Positions 50,865 to 61,829 are shown, numbered from the stretch's first letter. The stretch is DNA of 64,000 nt from Candidatus Latescibacterota bacterium (GCA_965203805.1 OZ241917.1:3168001-3232000); one strand, 5' to 3'. Notes: a model not told the origin generated them from the letters alone. Translations and numbers: made by a program.

Positions 50865-52940
50865 TTAAACCGAACCCAGGCTCTTCAGGATCTTCGCGAC
50901 AATGGCATCCGTGTCGCGGATTCCGACTCCGGACAGCCGCTCCAGGATCATCCCCTGCGGGTCCACCAGGAAATAGGCCGGAATCCCGCGCACGCTATAG
51001 GCGCCGGTCGTCTTGGAACGCCATGCGCCCGCGCGCACGTGCACCCCTTCGATCTGATGGGTTTCGATGGCTTTGCGCCATTCGGCGTCGCTCGAATCCA
51101 GTGAGAGGTTGAGGAAAACCACCGGCTGACCGGCGGTTTCTTTCTTAATCCTTCTGAGATCGGGCAAGTTGCCGATACACGGACCGCACCAGCTTGCCCA
51201 GAAGTCCAGCAGCACGACCTTGCCCCTGAACTGGCTCAGCGATACGGGCCGGCCGTCCAGATCCTCCAGCGTGAAATCGGGGGCCGGACGTCCCGGCTGG
51301 AGGGCCATCGCCTTGTCCAGCGCCGCCTGGACCGGCGCGTTGTATTCGGGATAGGGATTGGTCGTCCGGTAGTCCCGCCACTTGCGACGGACCAGTTCAA
51401 AGCTGTTGCCGCCGTACTCGAAACTTCGGATCAATTCCCCGGCCAGAAACCAGTAAAGTACGCGCCCATTCAATTTCTTCTCGGCCAGCTCAATCCTGTG
51501 TGGAAGCCTGGGCATGGACCGTTTCCTGATTGCATAGATCGAATCCAGCTTCGCCTGCACCGCCTGCGGCAGGCCCAGACCCGTGAGGTCCAGCTTCCGG
51601 GACAGGCTGAGCGGCTGACGATTTTCGTACAGGGAGTCCAGATGCGCGACAAACTCCGGCGACGGGTCCAATTCCGACAGATCCACCATTTCCGACAACC
51701 TTTGCGTCTTGTGGATCGAATTCAATTGCCCTTCCATGTCCTTGCCTTCTTCTACGGGCAGCCGGAGAACCAGCGAACCGCCTGTGGTATCGATTTCCGG
51801 TTTTTTCAGCTTGCTTGAAGTCGTGATCCTGTACGATCTGCCACTCCTTTCGTAGAAGGAGTCGAGACGGGCGTGAGCTGCCTGGGGGACGCCCAATTTC
51901 GGCAGATCGATGATGTCGGACAGTGTGGATTTACGCCTGTTGTCATACAGCGAGTCAAGTCTGCCTACGACAGGTTTCGGCAGATCCGACGCACCCAGCC
52001 GGATCATTTTCGACAGCTTCGGATGCCACTCGTACCGCGCGTAGAGTGAGTCGAGTTTTGCGACGGTCTCCTCCCGAAGGTCCAGACTCGACAGATCGTA
52101 CTGATCGCTGAGCCTGTTGGACGGCGGCATCCTCATCATTTCCAGGTCCAGCGTCCGGATGAGGTAGGTACTGTACGTACCCATGCCAATTGCCTTTTCG
52201 TCCACCAGCGGGACCCGTTTCAGGAAGTCGTGGAATTCAGGCGGGATATCCGGGTTCTCGCGGCCGGTGGCGCGCCGGTAATTTTCCGGGTATGAAACCT
52301 TCAGAAAGGCATACGTGTAGTTGAAAAAGCGCGTCGCGTACTCGACGAATTCCGGCGAGAACGCGTATCTCGTTCGCCGCATCTCCAGGAATTCAAGCTG
52401 GTCCGTGCGCCACCCGTCCGCCAGGCGGGAGAAGGCTTCCGCGTCCATTTTCCTGGAGTCCCTGATTTCCTTCTGGAAGTCCTGGAACCGGGGGTACCAT
52501 TCGACAATAAACCGGCTGTTGTCCGCATTGTTTCCGCTGAACCGGAACGAGGTGTGGAGACGGCCGGGGTGGATTTTGATATGCAGTCTGTCGCCGGGTT
52601 CGACAAAGAAAACCAGCGAACCGGGCTTGAAGGCATACGACGCGGCCTGCCGCACCCACTTCCATGGGACGCTTCTGCTTTTGAAACTTCCCCTGACGAG
52701 GGTCCCGCGGACGACGGGAATCTCGAGCGCGAACCGGTTCCGGCCGTCCAGAGCCACGCGCTGCTCGGATTGTCGACCCAGTGCCCAGGGCGGGTCGTAA
52801 CGGAACGTGATCTCACGCGACGTGGGGTTGCGTACTTCGCCGGTGATGATCGCGACCGATGGCGGGCCGGTTTCTGACGCCGAGGCGAAAGTCGACATCA
52901 TCATGAAGGCCGCGAGGGTACTGACGAAAAGGTTATTCAT
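50865..52940 (-). CDS. Exported TlpA/ResA-like thioredoxin-domain protein with internal repeats
   Basis: Signal peptide; C-terminal APDFTL...DFWASWCGPC; five LSxxxDL...LDS(L/F/I)Y repeats. Confidence 0.88.
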   Translation of the reverse strand: MNNLFVSTLAAFMMMSTFASASETGPPSVAIITGEVRNPTSREITFRYDPPWALGRQSEQRVALDGRNRFALEIPVVRGTLVRGSFKSRSVPWKWVRQAASYAFKPGSLVFFVEPGDRLHIKIHPGRLHTSFRFSGNNADNSRFIVEWYPRFQDFQKEIRDSRKMDAEAFSRLADGWRTDQLEFLEMRRTRYAFSPEFVEYATRFFNYTYAFLKVSYPENYRRATGRENPDIPPEFHDFLKRVPLVDEKAIGMGTYSTYLIRTLDLEMMRMPPSNRLSDQYDLSSLDLREETVAKLDSLYARYEWHPKLSKMIRLGASDLPKPVVGRLDSLYDNRRKSTLSDIIDLPKLGVPQAAHARLDSFYERSGRSYRITTSSKLKKPEIDTTGGSLVLRLPVEEGKDMEGQLNSIHKTQRLSEMVDLSELDPSPEFVAHLDSLYENRQPLSLSRKLDLTGLGLPQAVQAKLDSIYAIRKRSMPRLPHRIELAEKKLNGRVLYWFLAGELIRSFEYGGNSFELVRRKWRDYRTTNPYPEYNAPVQAALDKAMALQPGRPAPDFTLEDLDGRPVSLSQFRGKVVLLDFWASWCGPCIGNLPDLRRIKKETAGQPVVFLNLSLDSSDAEWRKAIETHQIEGVHVRAGAWRSKTTGAYSVRGIPAYFLVDPQGMILERLSGVGIRDTDAIVAKILKSLGSV

Positions 52941-52979
52941 ACCTCAAGCCCTTTCAATTCAGATCCGGACATCAACGAA

Positions 52980-53159
52980 CCTCAATTTGCACAAACAGGC
53001 AATCGACAACCCGGTCAGATACGAAGAATTGGGCATTTCGACCCTGCATATCCGGCTATAGGGGTGGTTGTGGGAATCTCCAATCTGCGACATCGATTCG
53101 CCAATGATCTCGTGTGTAAATCCGTTTCAATTTCGCCAAAAAACAGAAACGAATCAAGG
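52980..53159. mobile_element. MITE family A ends in inverted orientation (different interior)
   Basis: CCTCAATTTG...CGAATCAAGG, abutting the next copy across CTAA. Confidence 0.5.
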
Positions 53160-53163
53160 CTAA

Positions 53164-53420
53164 CCTTGATTCGTCACTCTTCGGAGACGTTAATTCGAAG
53201 TTACGCAAGTGATTAAAGGTGATTTAACTGCTGATTTCTATGATCCTTCAGGTCACTGGGCGCGAACCGAAATGATGTCCTTCCTGACAACCTTTTCGGC
53301 CCGGTGAGGAAACAACTGCAGGGTCACCGCTTTGCCACACACGCCGCTTTGCGCGGTTACTTTTTGTGCCTTTTGTGCTTTTTGTGGCCAATTTTTCGGT
53401 TTTCTTTTATCAAATTGAGG
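53164..53420. mobile_element. MITE family A
   Basis: CTAA|CCTTGATTCG...CAAATTGAGG|TTAA; homologous to 4996-5186. Confidence 0.65.
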
Positions 53421-54539
53421 TTAAGGCGTGAAGATGAAAATCTGATCCGTAATCGACTCAGGAGAATGACCGCCATCCGTCGTCTTCAATCCGCCGGCGA
53501 TAACGACGCGGCCGTCATCGAGGAGCGTAACCGTCAACCCGGATCGCCACGGTCCTATGCTGTGTCCCGTAGGCGAAAATACCTGGGTGTCCGGATTGTA
53601 CAGTGCGATATTGCCGTTGTCCCGGTGGATGAAAAACACCCTGCCGGACGGCAGCAGCAGGGCGGCCAAGGGATCCATTACGGAAGTTCCGGCGGGCGAG
53701 AAGGTGTTTGTCTCGGGGTTGTAGATCTCGGGCGTCTGTGCGCGACGTCCGTCTCGCCTGTAGCCGCCGACGATCATTACCCTGCCGTCCTGAAGGAGCA
53801 CCGCCTTATGGCGTATGCGGTCGACCTGCAGGCTGCCCGCTTCTGAAAAGGCTTTGGTCGAGGGATCATAGATGAAATTCTGCCCCGGCAGCCATTCCCC
53901 TACGATAGGTTTTCCTCCAACGATCAGCACGCGGCCGTCCTTCAACAAAGTTGCCGTATGCAAAATTCCTGGATGGTCCATCGCGAATGTGTCGGAAAAT
54001 GTGCCTGTAGCGGGATCGAAAACACGCCATCGTCCACCCCCGGGGTGCCCGCTGATCAAAAGGACCTCTCCGTTGGGCAACAAGGTGGCAGTCCGGGTCC
54101 CGACCGAAAAGGGTGCGTCTGCAACGGCGTCGAATCTGCCGGAATGAGGATCGTACTTCTCAATGGGGAGTCTAAGAAAACCGGATATAATCAGAACCCG
54201 ACCGTCGGGAAGCAATATTCCGTGGTCCCTGCTGCGACCGGCGGTCAGGTCTCCCGTAGGCGTTGAGATCCCGGTTTCTGGATCGAAAATCTCCGCGCTG
54301 ACAAGAAGATCTTGCTCCACAACACCTCCTCCGGCAGGAGGTAGCGCCGCGTTGCCGCCGGTAATCAGGACCTTGCCATTCTGCAATAGTGCCGCGACAT
54401 GCAGATTCCGGGGGCGAGTCAAATTTCCAACCTCGTGGAGACCCCGTTCAAGGTCCGGCATCATCACCGAATCGCTTCCGCAAGCGCAGAAGTTCGTGAC
54501 GACAGACAGCGCTATAAGGAATCTGGCAATCATCTCCAT
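53421..54539 (-). CDS. Kelch / galactose-oxidase-type beta-propeller lipoprotein
   Basis: Repeats H.A.LL.DGRVLI.GG...IYDP; lipobox-like CAC. Confidence 0.88.
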   Translation of the reverse strand: MEMIARFLIALSVVTNFCACGSDSVMMPDLERGLHEVGNLTRPRNLHVAALLQNGKVLITGGNAALPPAGGGVVEQDLLVSAEIFDPETGISTPTGDLTAGRSRDHGILLPDGRVLIISGFLRLPIEKYDPHSGRFDAVADAPFSVGTRTATLLPNGEVLLISGHPGGGRWRVFDPATGTFSDTFAMDHPGILHTATLLKDGRVLIVGGKPIVGEWLPGQNFIYDPSTKAFSEAGSLQVDRIRHKAVLLQDGRVMIVGGYRRDGRRAQTPEIYNPETNTFSPAGTSVMDPLAALLLPSGRVFFIHRDNGNIALYNPDTQVFSPTGHSIGPWRSGLTVTLLDDGRVVIAGGLKTTDGGHSPESITDQIFIFTP

Positions 54540-54571
54540 TTCCCTGACTTAAGAGTCTGTGAGCGCGACAT

Positions 54572-54799
54572 CTACGCGACAGGGCTGGCGAACCGGTTCC
54601 GGCTGTCCAGACGCACGCGCTGCTCGGCCGGCTTCCCCAGGACCTGCGGCGAATCGTAACGGAACGTGATCTCCCGCGACGTGGGGTTACGCACTTCGCC
54701 GGTGATGATTGCGACCGATGGCGGGGCGCTATCGGCAGCCAAACAGACTGTCGAAGCGGCAAGCAGGACGAACAGAATAGTACCAAGCATGTTCTTCAT
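54572..54799 (-). pseudogene. N-terminal fragment of a TlpA-like paralogue
   Basis: PPSVAIITGEVRNPTSREITFRYD is identical to the start of the 50865-52940 protein; truncated after RNRFA. Confidence 0.8.
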
Positions 54800-54952
54800 G
54801 GCGCGGTCCCTCCGTTCGGGTTCCGGTTCAGTTGAAACTCGAAAACCATCCAGTCCCTCGGACAGGGTTCGACACGGCCGGAAGAACCAGAACAGAATCT
54901 ACAATATTTGCTCTGGTCATTGCAGTAATTGCGCGCCAGGCGACGAGATTAA

Positions 54953-56908
54953 TCAATCTATGCGCTCAAGTGTGAACGCGACCAATGGATCTTCTGTATC
55001 TTCATAGTCGAATAGATCCTCCGCGCTCGGCGAGACATCGGGGCGTGTGCCGTGAGCTTCATCGCCAGCTTTGGGAAATGCGGCGTAATACATCATTGCT
55101 GAAATGCCGAACTTAATCCCGCTCACCGGAAGTAAACCAGTCAAAGCATCGCCCGTGCTTTGCCTTCTCCCGCCTGTCTCTTCACCGATAAGTTGTCCCA
55201 GACCGTAATCCTTAGTAACTGCGGCAAACTCGGCTGCAGTCGAGAAGGTATGCGGGCCAATCAGCACATAGAGATCGCCCTTAAACAAGTCTTCGCGCCG
55301 TTGAGGCAATACAGAGTCGTCCGACTCCGAGATAATCATCCCGGTCAAGTCGCCGTAATGGGAGTATTCCGGATGCTGCTCAATCAGCAGGTCCGACACC
55401 TTAATGTCAACGCGAGACCACATCCTGAACGGCCTTTCTGTAAGAAACTCAAGCAAAAAAACGACAAGGTCGGGATTTCCACCACCATTTTGACGCACGT
55501 CAATTATGAGGCGGCGGGTTTTCTTCGCCCTCAATTCCCCAAATAGACCTGCTATATACGTCCTTCTATTGTCGGTATCAATGAAACTATCGCAATTGAA
55601 GTAGCAAGTATCTTCGTCATGATGGAAACAATGAAAGTCACCTGACCCATCCTTTTCAGGTAAGAGGTCGTCATATTCGCGTAGCGATATGAGATCAATT
55701 CGGCGTGTTGACGTTTTCTGTTTTTCTTCAAATCGCATCGTTACCGGACTGTCATTGAACGGCGCGCACCAAGCTACATGGAATCGTTGGTTCTCTACAA
55801 ATTGCGCAAGACGGTGAGCATCCGATTCACTGGAAATCCTGCATAACGCTCGTTGTAGAAAGTCGTTGAGTGGTTGATCGCCTATGGACAAAAGTGACTT
55901 CCCTTTCAATTCCTCCAAACCCGGAATCGCATCGTCTACGACCAATTCATTCAATCGCCGTCTCAACCGAAACGGGAACATCAGGGCATCGGGGTTGCCT
56001 GCATCGATCATATCAGCGGCAGGCATGACTTCAGTATGGCCATCCTGAATGCGGGCGGCGGCTTCCGCAAGAATGCCTGAGAGTTCGGCGTACGAAATAT
56101 GGCCGCGCGTTGCTTCTTTCCGCTCCAATCGAGAGCGAACTGATTTCTTTAGTTCCAGATAGTCTCCTCCTGCAATATGCCGCAATGGATAGGGATGAAC
56201 CCTCTCAAGTGTTGCGAAGAAATGGTCTGCATCGACTTGGCCATCGCTGGCGGACAAGACCAGCGGAGAGAAATCATCATTCAGATTCCCCCCATTGACG
56301 ACCTGATCTTGCTGTGTGACGAAAAACGTAAAGTTCAACCTTAAACTTTTCTTCATTTCGACCAGGACAGCCGGGTCTGGCGCGCAGAATGCCGCTACGT
56401 GCCCTTCTCCCAAGGGATTGTGCCCTACAGCCGAGAACCCGATTTCGCCCTCGCTTTCGACAAGACACTGCTGTTCCTCTTCTGATAGGCCAAATGGCGT
56501 ATCATCTAACGCAGCAAAGACAAGGTGGTTCGGCTTCGGATCGAACAAGCCGTACACCGCGTAATTTCCTTTCTCCAGACACGGGAGACAGTCTTTATCG
56601 TCCATGCTCCAAAAGGATACGCGTTGTATGGAACGAGGCTGCGACCATGCCCGCCAGTACTCCTTTAGAGCCTGGATCTGTTTATCCCATTGGTCGCAAT
56701 TGAAATCAAAAATGACAAATAGCGTATCGCCTGATTTTTCTAATACCCGTTCCATTGTGAACGCGGTCCGAATTGCAGATGAAGATTTCAATATGGCTCT
56801 CTCCGCTAAAATCCAACCACCCATGCTGGAATTACGTAACATTGGGTGCAAGCACGTTTTTGGGTTTGCAATGCCAGTGGCAATTGCGCGGCATTCTCCG
56901 GCCGTCAT
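54953..56908 (-). CDS. S41-family (tail-specific) peptidase; start uncertain
   Basis: LIIDVRQNGGG, VLIGPHTFS, LIGEETGG, G..PDV; visibly more AT-rich than the core genes. Confidence 0.8.
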   Translation of the reverse strand: MTAGECRAIATGIANPKTCLHPMLRNSSMGGWILAERAILKSSSAIRTAFTMERVLEKSGDTLFVIFDFNCDQWDKQIQALKEYWRAWSQPRSIQRVSFWSMDDKDCLPCLEKGNYAVYGLFDPKPNHLVFAALDDTPFGLSEEEQQCLVESEGEIGFSAVGHNPLGEGHVAAFCAPDPAVLVEMKKSLRLNFTFFVTQQDQVVNGGNLNDDFSPLVLSASDGQVDADHFFATLERVHPYPLRHIAGGDYLELKKSVRSRLERKEATRGHISYAELSGILAEAAARIQDGHTEVMPAADMIDAGNPDALMFPFRLRRRLNELVVDDAIPGLEELKGKSLLSIGDQPLNDFLQRALCRISSESDAHRLAQFVENQRFHVAWCAPFNDSPVTMRFEEKQKTSTRRIDLISLREYDDLLPEKDGSGDFHCFHHDEDTCYFNCDSFIDTDNRRTYIAGLFGELRAKKTRRLIIDVRQNGGGNPDLVVFLLEFLTERPFRMWSRVDIKVSDLLIEQHPEYSHYGDLTGMIISESDDSVLPQRREDLFKGDLYVLIGPHTFSTAAEFAAVTKDYGLGQLIGEETGGRRQSTGDALTGLLPVSGIKFGISAMMYYAAFPKAGDEAHGTRPDVSPSAEDLFDYEDTEDPLVAFTLERID

Positions 56909-57235
56909 TCCTAACTGGTTGATGACACAAAGATACCCAATATACGTTTAGATGCCGATGGGAATAATCCCACGACGGTTCAAAAACACCGGATATCAGG
57001 TCTTTTTCGAATTGCCGTTGCATTAGACGTAGGATTCCACGGGTTCGGGCTTTTCGGTAGATTAAATTTGGCTGAATAGCTTCAGGACGCGTCCGTTGGC
57101 CTTCGAAGCGTATCGGTCAGCGAAGGCCCTGACTGGACACCCCACTTCAAGGGTACCCAGCGCTCGTGTCAATGTCTGACTTTGGTTGATACGCACGGGT
57201 TCGATCTGTGATTCGCGACATGACATCCGAAAACC

Positions 57236-57266
57236 AAAAACGGCTGCCGATAAGCAGCCGTTTTTT
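57236..57266. terminator. Bidirectional rho-independent terminator
   Basis: aaaaacggctgc-cgataa-gcagccgtttttt. Confidence 0.8.
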
Positions 57267-57337
57267 GAAGTTGAAACATGTTGCCATTTTAGATCGCGCA
57301 GGACTGGCGATTCCTGGTGGAAATGACCCGGACAGAT

Positions 57338-57598
57338 TCAGCCGGATCCCAGGCTGTAAATGATCTCTTCTACAATTGAATGTGTTTCCGTCATCAATCT
57401 GATTCTGGATAACCGCTCGACAATCCGTCCATCCGGGGCCACCAGAAAATAGGCCGGAATCCCGCGGACATTGTAGGCCCGGGCTGCGCCGGTACCTGAG
57501 TTTCCGATACGTACATGCACACCTTCTATACTGTGTTTCTCGATTGCCTTGCGCCAGGCCGCATCGCTTGCATCCAGCGAGAGATTAAGGAAAACCAC
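57338..57598 (-). pseudogene. C-terminal fragment of a TlpA-like paralogue (no CxxC)
   Basis: VFLNLSLD.SDA.WRKAIE.H.IEGVHVR...VRGIPAYFLV matches the end of the 50865-52940 protein; in-frame stops upstream. Confidence 0.8.
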
Positions 57599-57791
57599 GG
57601 GTAGACAGGAGGCTCCTTTGCGGAATTATTACGGGGAGCACCGTATTGTTCACATCCTCCCACTCTTCTTTGGTTGGATCTGGATGTCGACTATTTGCTG
57701 CTCCTGAAAATAAATTGAGGCTGACAACTGCTCTTCCTGACCACTGTCCACTATTTACTGCTCCTGGTAATAGGCGCCCGTTTCTTCCGTG

Positions 57792-59621
57792 CTATTGAGA
57801 GTTATATTCGGACATCTTGCGTTTAACGAGATCTACCAATCCTTCGCCGCGCAGGTTTTTCGCGATGATCTCCCCATCGGGGGCAATGAGAAACGTGGTT
57901 GGCCACGCTACAATACCGTAAACTTTCTCGATTTCCTCGTTTGAAACACCGTTGGAATACGGAATCTCGCGAATTCTTATGGTATCTTCCAGGTCTCTTG
58001 GATTATCGTGAGCCAGACCAATGATCGTAAGGCCCCCGTCCGGGAATGATTGGTGGAGTTTCTTGAGATTTGGCAGTTCGTTTATGCAGGGTCCGCACCA
58101 GGTCGCCCAGAAATCAAGAAATACAAACCCCCCTCGGTAATCGGATAACCGCAACGAATCTCCTCCAACGGCCGGCGCCACGAATTCGGGTGCGGCACTT
58201 TCTTCTCCCAGTTCCAGTGCATTCGACATCCTTTCAACGCCGCTGCCCTGGACCGTCCTGGAATTCGGATATTTGCGAATCAGATAATTCAGAACGTTGC
58301 GCGCGGCAACTGCGTTTCCGTAATCCCGGAAATGTTGTGCCGCACGCCAGAGCAGTTTTTCCCCTTCACGTGAACCGGGCGGCAGGTTTCGTTCCTGCGC
58401 CACCAGAATGCCGGTAAAGAAAAAAGGCGGAACGTTGTATTTCTCGCTGAGATCCGGTGCGTGTTGTAGCCCTTCATCGAGGCGCAGATAGGTGATTGTA
58501 TCGTACGTCCTAAAGAAAATGGAATTCGGATCCATTTTCTTTGCCAACTGCGCCATCTGGCTAAAGTAGCTCTCGTAGACCGTACTCTGATAGTGCTCCC
58601 TTCTCTTTTCTTCGAACTCCTGTTTATTGTGTTTCAGACTTTGCAAACCCTTCATCGCTTCAGCGTGGGGATGAAATCTTTTCAGGAATTCAAATCTGAT
58701 TTTTACGAAGAGCTGTTCGAAATAAGCGGGGTATCGATTCGCAATTTCCCGGAATCTTTCTTCGCGCTCGATAAAGGCGGAAACGTCGTTCTCTGAGGAT
58801 TGGGTGGTGTCGCGTTTGCTGAACAGAACCTGCATGTTTTCTTTTTGGAAAGTGTAGATTTCATCCACAAGACTGGCGAAGGCAGTCTGGTGTTGTCCAC
58901 CTGAGAATTCGGCTCTTGAATCCCTCTTCGGCTGGACATACTGAGATGGATCAAAGATGATCTCTCCACCTTCGTAGATTGAATTGAATGTAACGAAACT
59001 ACGAGGGTTAGGAACTGCCTGGGAATGACTCAAGTCATAAACGTCGCTACCACCGTTACTTACGATAAACCTATACCCGTCACCGATTTTTACGGGATTA
59101 TCGCCTTGTAGAACCCACACGCTATCCTTCCTCACCATTTCAATCGCGCCCCACGGCCGCCATCGACAAAAGTCACCCCACAGTTTGACCCATTCAATGC
59201 CGGGTTTCAGACCGAAGGGTTCAAGATAAGCCGTCACATTTGCGTGCGTGTCGGCGTCAGGAACAAGCACCGACGTTTTTAACGTCTCATAACCGAAAGC
59301 GGAGATAACAAGCGTATACAGCCCGGGTTCCACGTCGAAACTAAATTCCGTAGTGTCTAGCGTCCTGGTGTTTTTCGGCCTGACGACAAAGGGCATCCAC
59401 GCCAATTTCAATTCTTCTATCCCCACATAAATTGAATCCGGAATCGCCTTGTCGTTAAACTTGACCGTCCCCGAAACAGTCGATCTGGAAGGCTTACGCT
59501 CTCCCGGTCGACCCGAGATTTCCAGGTCCGGCTCCTGCACAACAGACAGCAACGAGTCCGTTGACGCCGAAACGTCGCCGGAAAGGAAGAGGAAAAGTGC
59601 AGTAGCGATTCTCAATATCAT
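57792..59621 (-). CDS. Exported TlpA-like thioredoxin-domain protein
   Basis: Signal peptide; N-terminal beta-sandwich (PGLYTLVISAFGY); C-terminal DFWATWCGPC...PTTFLI. Confidence 0.85.
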   Translation of the reverse strand: MILRIATALFLFLSGDVSASTDSLLSVVQEPDLEISGRPGERKPSRSTVSGTVKFNDKAIPDSIYVGIEELKLAWMPFVVRPKNTRTLDTTEFSFDVEPGLYTLVISAFGYETLKTSVLVPDADTHANVTAYLEPFGLKPGIEWVKLWGDFCRWRPWGAIEMVRKDSVWVLQGDNPVKIGDGYRFIVSNGGSDVYDLSHSQAVPNPRSFVTFNSIYEGGEIIFDPSQYVQPKRDSRAEFSGGQHQTAFASLVDEIYTFQKENMQVLFSKRDTTQSSENDVSAFIEREERFREIANRYPAYFEQLFVKIRFEFLKRFHPHAEAMKGLQSLKHNKQEFEEKRREHYQSTVYESYFSQMAQLAKKMDPNSIFFRTYDTITYLRLDEGLQHAPDLSEKYNVPPFFFTGILVAQERNLPPGSREGEKLLWRAAQHFRDYGNAVAARNVLNYLIRKYPNSRTVQGSGVERMSNALELGEESAAPEFVAPAVGGDSLRLSDYRGGFVFLDFWATWCGPCINELPNLKKLHQSFPDGGLTIIGLAHDNPRDLEDTIRIREIPYSNGVSNEEIEKVYGIVAWPTTFLIAPDGEIIAKNLRGEGLVDLVKRKMSEYNSQ

Positions 59622-59804
59622 GGCCCAACCCGTACGGACTTGGACTTTACTGTTAGACTTCCGCGCAAAGTGCGTTCATGTTTCTTCATGCTATCAGCCA
59701 CCGAAAGGCGTTGAAATCCCCCACCGCATCAACCGTCGCCGGCCCTTCGACAAGCTGATGGCTGCGGCTGACTGTCGCGAAGCCGCGCTGGGAATGAGCT
59801 TGAA

Positions 59805-61829
59805 CTATTCCGATTTTCTGGGGTTCTCAAAGATGGCCAAGTGGTTGTTCAGAAGGGCGTAGATTCTGTCGCCTTTCACGATGAACATGTCACTCGCCAG
59901 GTGATTCATCAGAGTCTCTTTGTCGAATCTTTGGAGTCCGCGCAAATACGCGTCGTAGACCCCAATCCCCATTTTCTCCCGTGACGAAAAGGCGCCGTAG
60001 CGGGTTCTAACGTAGGTCTGAATGTCGCCCCCACGAATTGCGTATGCGGACCGTCCCAAGATGGTCATTCCTCTAGGAAGATGCGTCCAGGGTATGTAAT
60101 CGACCTCGACCGGATTTCTGGGGTCGCTAATGTCCACTACCGCGATTTCCCGTGGCAAGTGCCTCTCTATATAGGCTCTCTCCTGCCCAACGGAGAGTGG
60201 ACCCATTCCAGGCGGCGCAGGGACCACGTATTCCTGAAGCCCATCGGGTTCCAATTGCGCGATATGCTCTCCCGGCCCTCCCGCAGACATTATTCGGCGA
60301 AATTCTCCGACCATTTTCTCGTAATGAACGGCACGTCCGAACCGACGAAGTGAGATCCGACTCATTTCTCCGAAGGCTTCAGGATCGGACAGATCAAGGA
60401 CTACGAAATCATGGCCAAGCGTCAGAAATGCATGCGGCCCTGCGATGCGCATCGCCCATCCGTTGTTCCAGGCATGCTTCGTCGCCTCTTCAATAGGCAA
60501 GGCTTGGATTCTTTGGGGCGGACCGCCTTTTCGAAGGTCGAAACTGTGTAACTCCAGTTTGTCGCTTTGTAGCAAACCGACGTACAGGTGGCCATTCCAT
60601 TCGCCCCACCCCACAAGTCGGGGAGTGCGTCGCAGCCAGGGGGTTGGGCCCTTGGCGATTTGATGAAACATGCTCACGGCCTGTATGAGAGGGCGTCCGG
60701 ATTGGCTGAGATCAAACACGGCCACGCCTACGCTGTCCCGGACCTCGCCCCATACATAGGCACGCGGGCCGTACAGTGCCAAACGTTCGAACCGCCAGTC
60801 ATCCGTTTCCTTGCGACCCAACTCTGTCGGTGCCCGGGGGTCGGTCACATCCACTACACTCAGGCCTCGCTTCAGCAACACAACCGCCAGCCCGTCGTCT
60901 AACACCATATCCGCCGTGTCTGATTTATACTTGAAAGTACCCAACGGCTTTGCTAACCCGCGGGAGGATGGGACGGCATCGAATCCCATGACGGCAATAA
61001 CACCTACTATCGCGAGCGCTCCGACAACCCACTGAAAGCGCCCGCTCGCCTGCACTCCGAACACCCTGCAGGCGCAAACCAACGATCCGCCAGCCAACAG
61101 GATGGTTACCCCGGAACTGGCAAGTAAGAGGGATGAATCTAAAGCCTGACGGACAATTTCCTCGTCCGCCACTATGTCCGGAACCGTCAACAGCCTGAAA
61201 TAGAACACGGCAAAATCAGGAGCCAGCATCCTGCCAGCCATAATTAATACGAATACAATCCAGACGGCCATCAGGCTGCTCAATGCCGCCTTGAGCGGAT
61301 GGTCAGTTAGAGTGGAGGCAACTACGGCCCAACTGTAGGGAACCAGATAGAATGAAAACCACAACAACCACACCCTGATAAACCCTACGTCGGCCAGAAT
61401 TTCCCCCCAAGGGAGATACGTCCGCGCACTCAAGTCTATATCCAGAATATAACCGGTACGCACAAAGAACAATCCAGTCTCGGGCATTCCCACGAATACG
61501 CCGAACCAAAACGCCGCGACCACTACCGCCAGCCCCGCAGCTCCGACTGTGAACTGCACCACCAGAATCTTCCACGGAGCCTGCGGCCGACAAAGCAGGA
61601 AAGGCAGTGTCATTTGGCTCCGCTCCCGGGAAATGAAGTCCATTCCCATCAACACAGCACCTAAGAGTCCCACCAGGTGGCTCATGATCTGGACTTCAGA
61701 CCCGCCAGATAGTCCCCCTTCTGCACGTGCACACAACAGCCCGACAATCATCGCCAGCCCCGCGCACGCGACGACTTTGTAGGCGGATTCGCGGGCTTCC
61801 TTCCAGAATAGAGCGCCGATGGCGTTCAT
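59805..61829 (-). CDS. ABC-2-type permease fused to an LVIVD-repeat domain
   Basis: ALFWKEARE, ERSQMTLPFLLCRP, several TM helices; repeats LSVVDVTDP, FVVLDLSDP, IAVVDISDP. Confidence 0.8.
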   Translation of the reverse strand: MNAIGALFWKEARESAYKVVACAGLAMIVGLLCARAEGGLSGGSEVQIMSHLVGLLGAVLMGMDFISRERSQMTLPFLLCRPQAPWKILVVQFTVGAAGLAVVVAAFWFGVFVGMPETGLFFVRTGYILDIDLSARTYLPWGEILADVGFIRVWLLWFSFYLVPYSWAVVASTLTDHPLKAALSSLMAVWIVFVLIMAGRMLAPDFAVFYFRLLTVPDIVADEEIVRQALDSSLLLASSGVTILLAGGSLVCACRVFGVQASGRFQWVVGALAIVGVIAVMGFDAVPSSRGLAKPLGTFKYKSDTADMVLDDGLAVVLLKRGLSVVDVTDPRAPTELGRKETDDWRFERLALYGPRAYVWGEVRDSVGVAVFDLSQSGRPLIQAVSMFHQIAKGPTPWLRRTPRLVGWGEWNGHLYVGLLQSDKLELHSFDLRKGGPPQRIQALPIEEATKHAWNNGWAMRIAGPHAFLTLGHDFVVLDLSDPEAFGEMSRISLRRFGRAVHYEKMVGEFRRIMSAGGPGEHIAQLEPDGLQEYVVPAPPGMGPLSVGQERAYIERHLPREIAVVDISDPRNPVEVDYIPWTHLPRGMTILGRSAYAIRGGDIQTYVRTRYGAFSSREKMGIGVYDAYLRGLQRFDKETLMNHLASDMFIVKGDRIYALLNNHLAIFENPRKSE

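Noticed and set aside
57595-57640. Group II intron 3' end (ctacccg on the minus strand) at the TlpA fragment break
   Set aside because: No domain V motif or reverse transcriptase; the bases are explained by the paralogue's PVV codons
57712-57724. Additional MITE-A copy (aaattgagg|ctga)
   Set aside because: Only a 9-bp end match, with no left end or interior similarity
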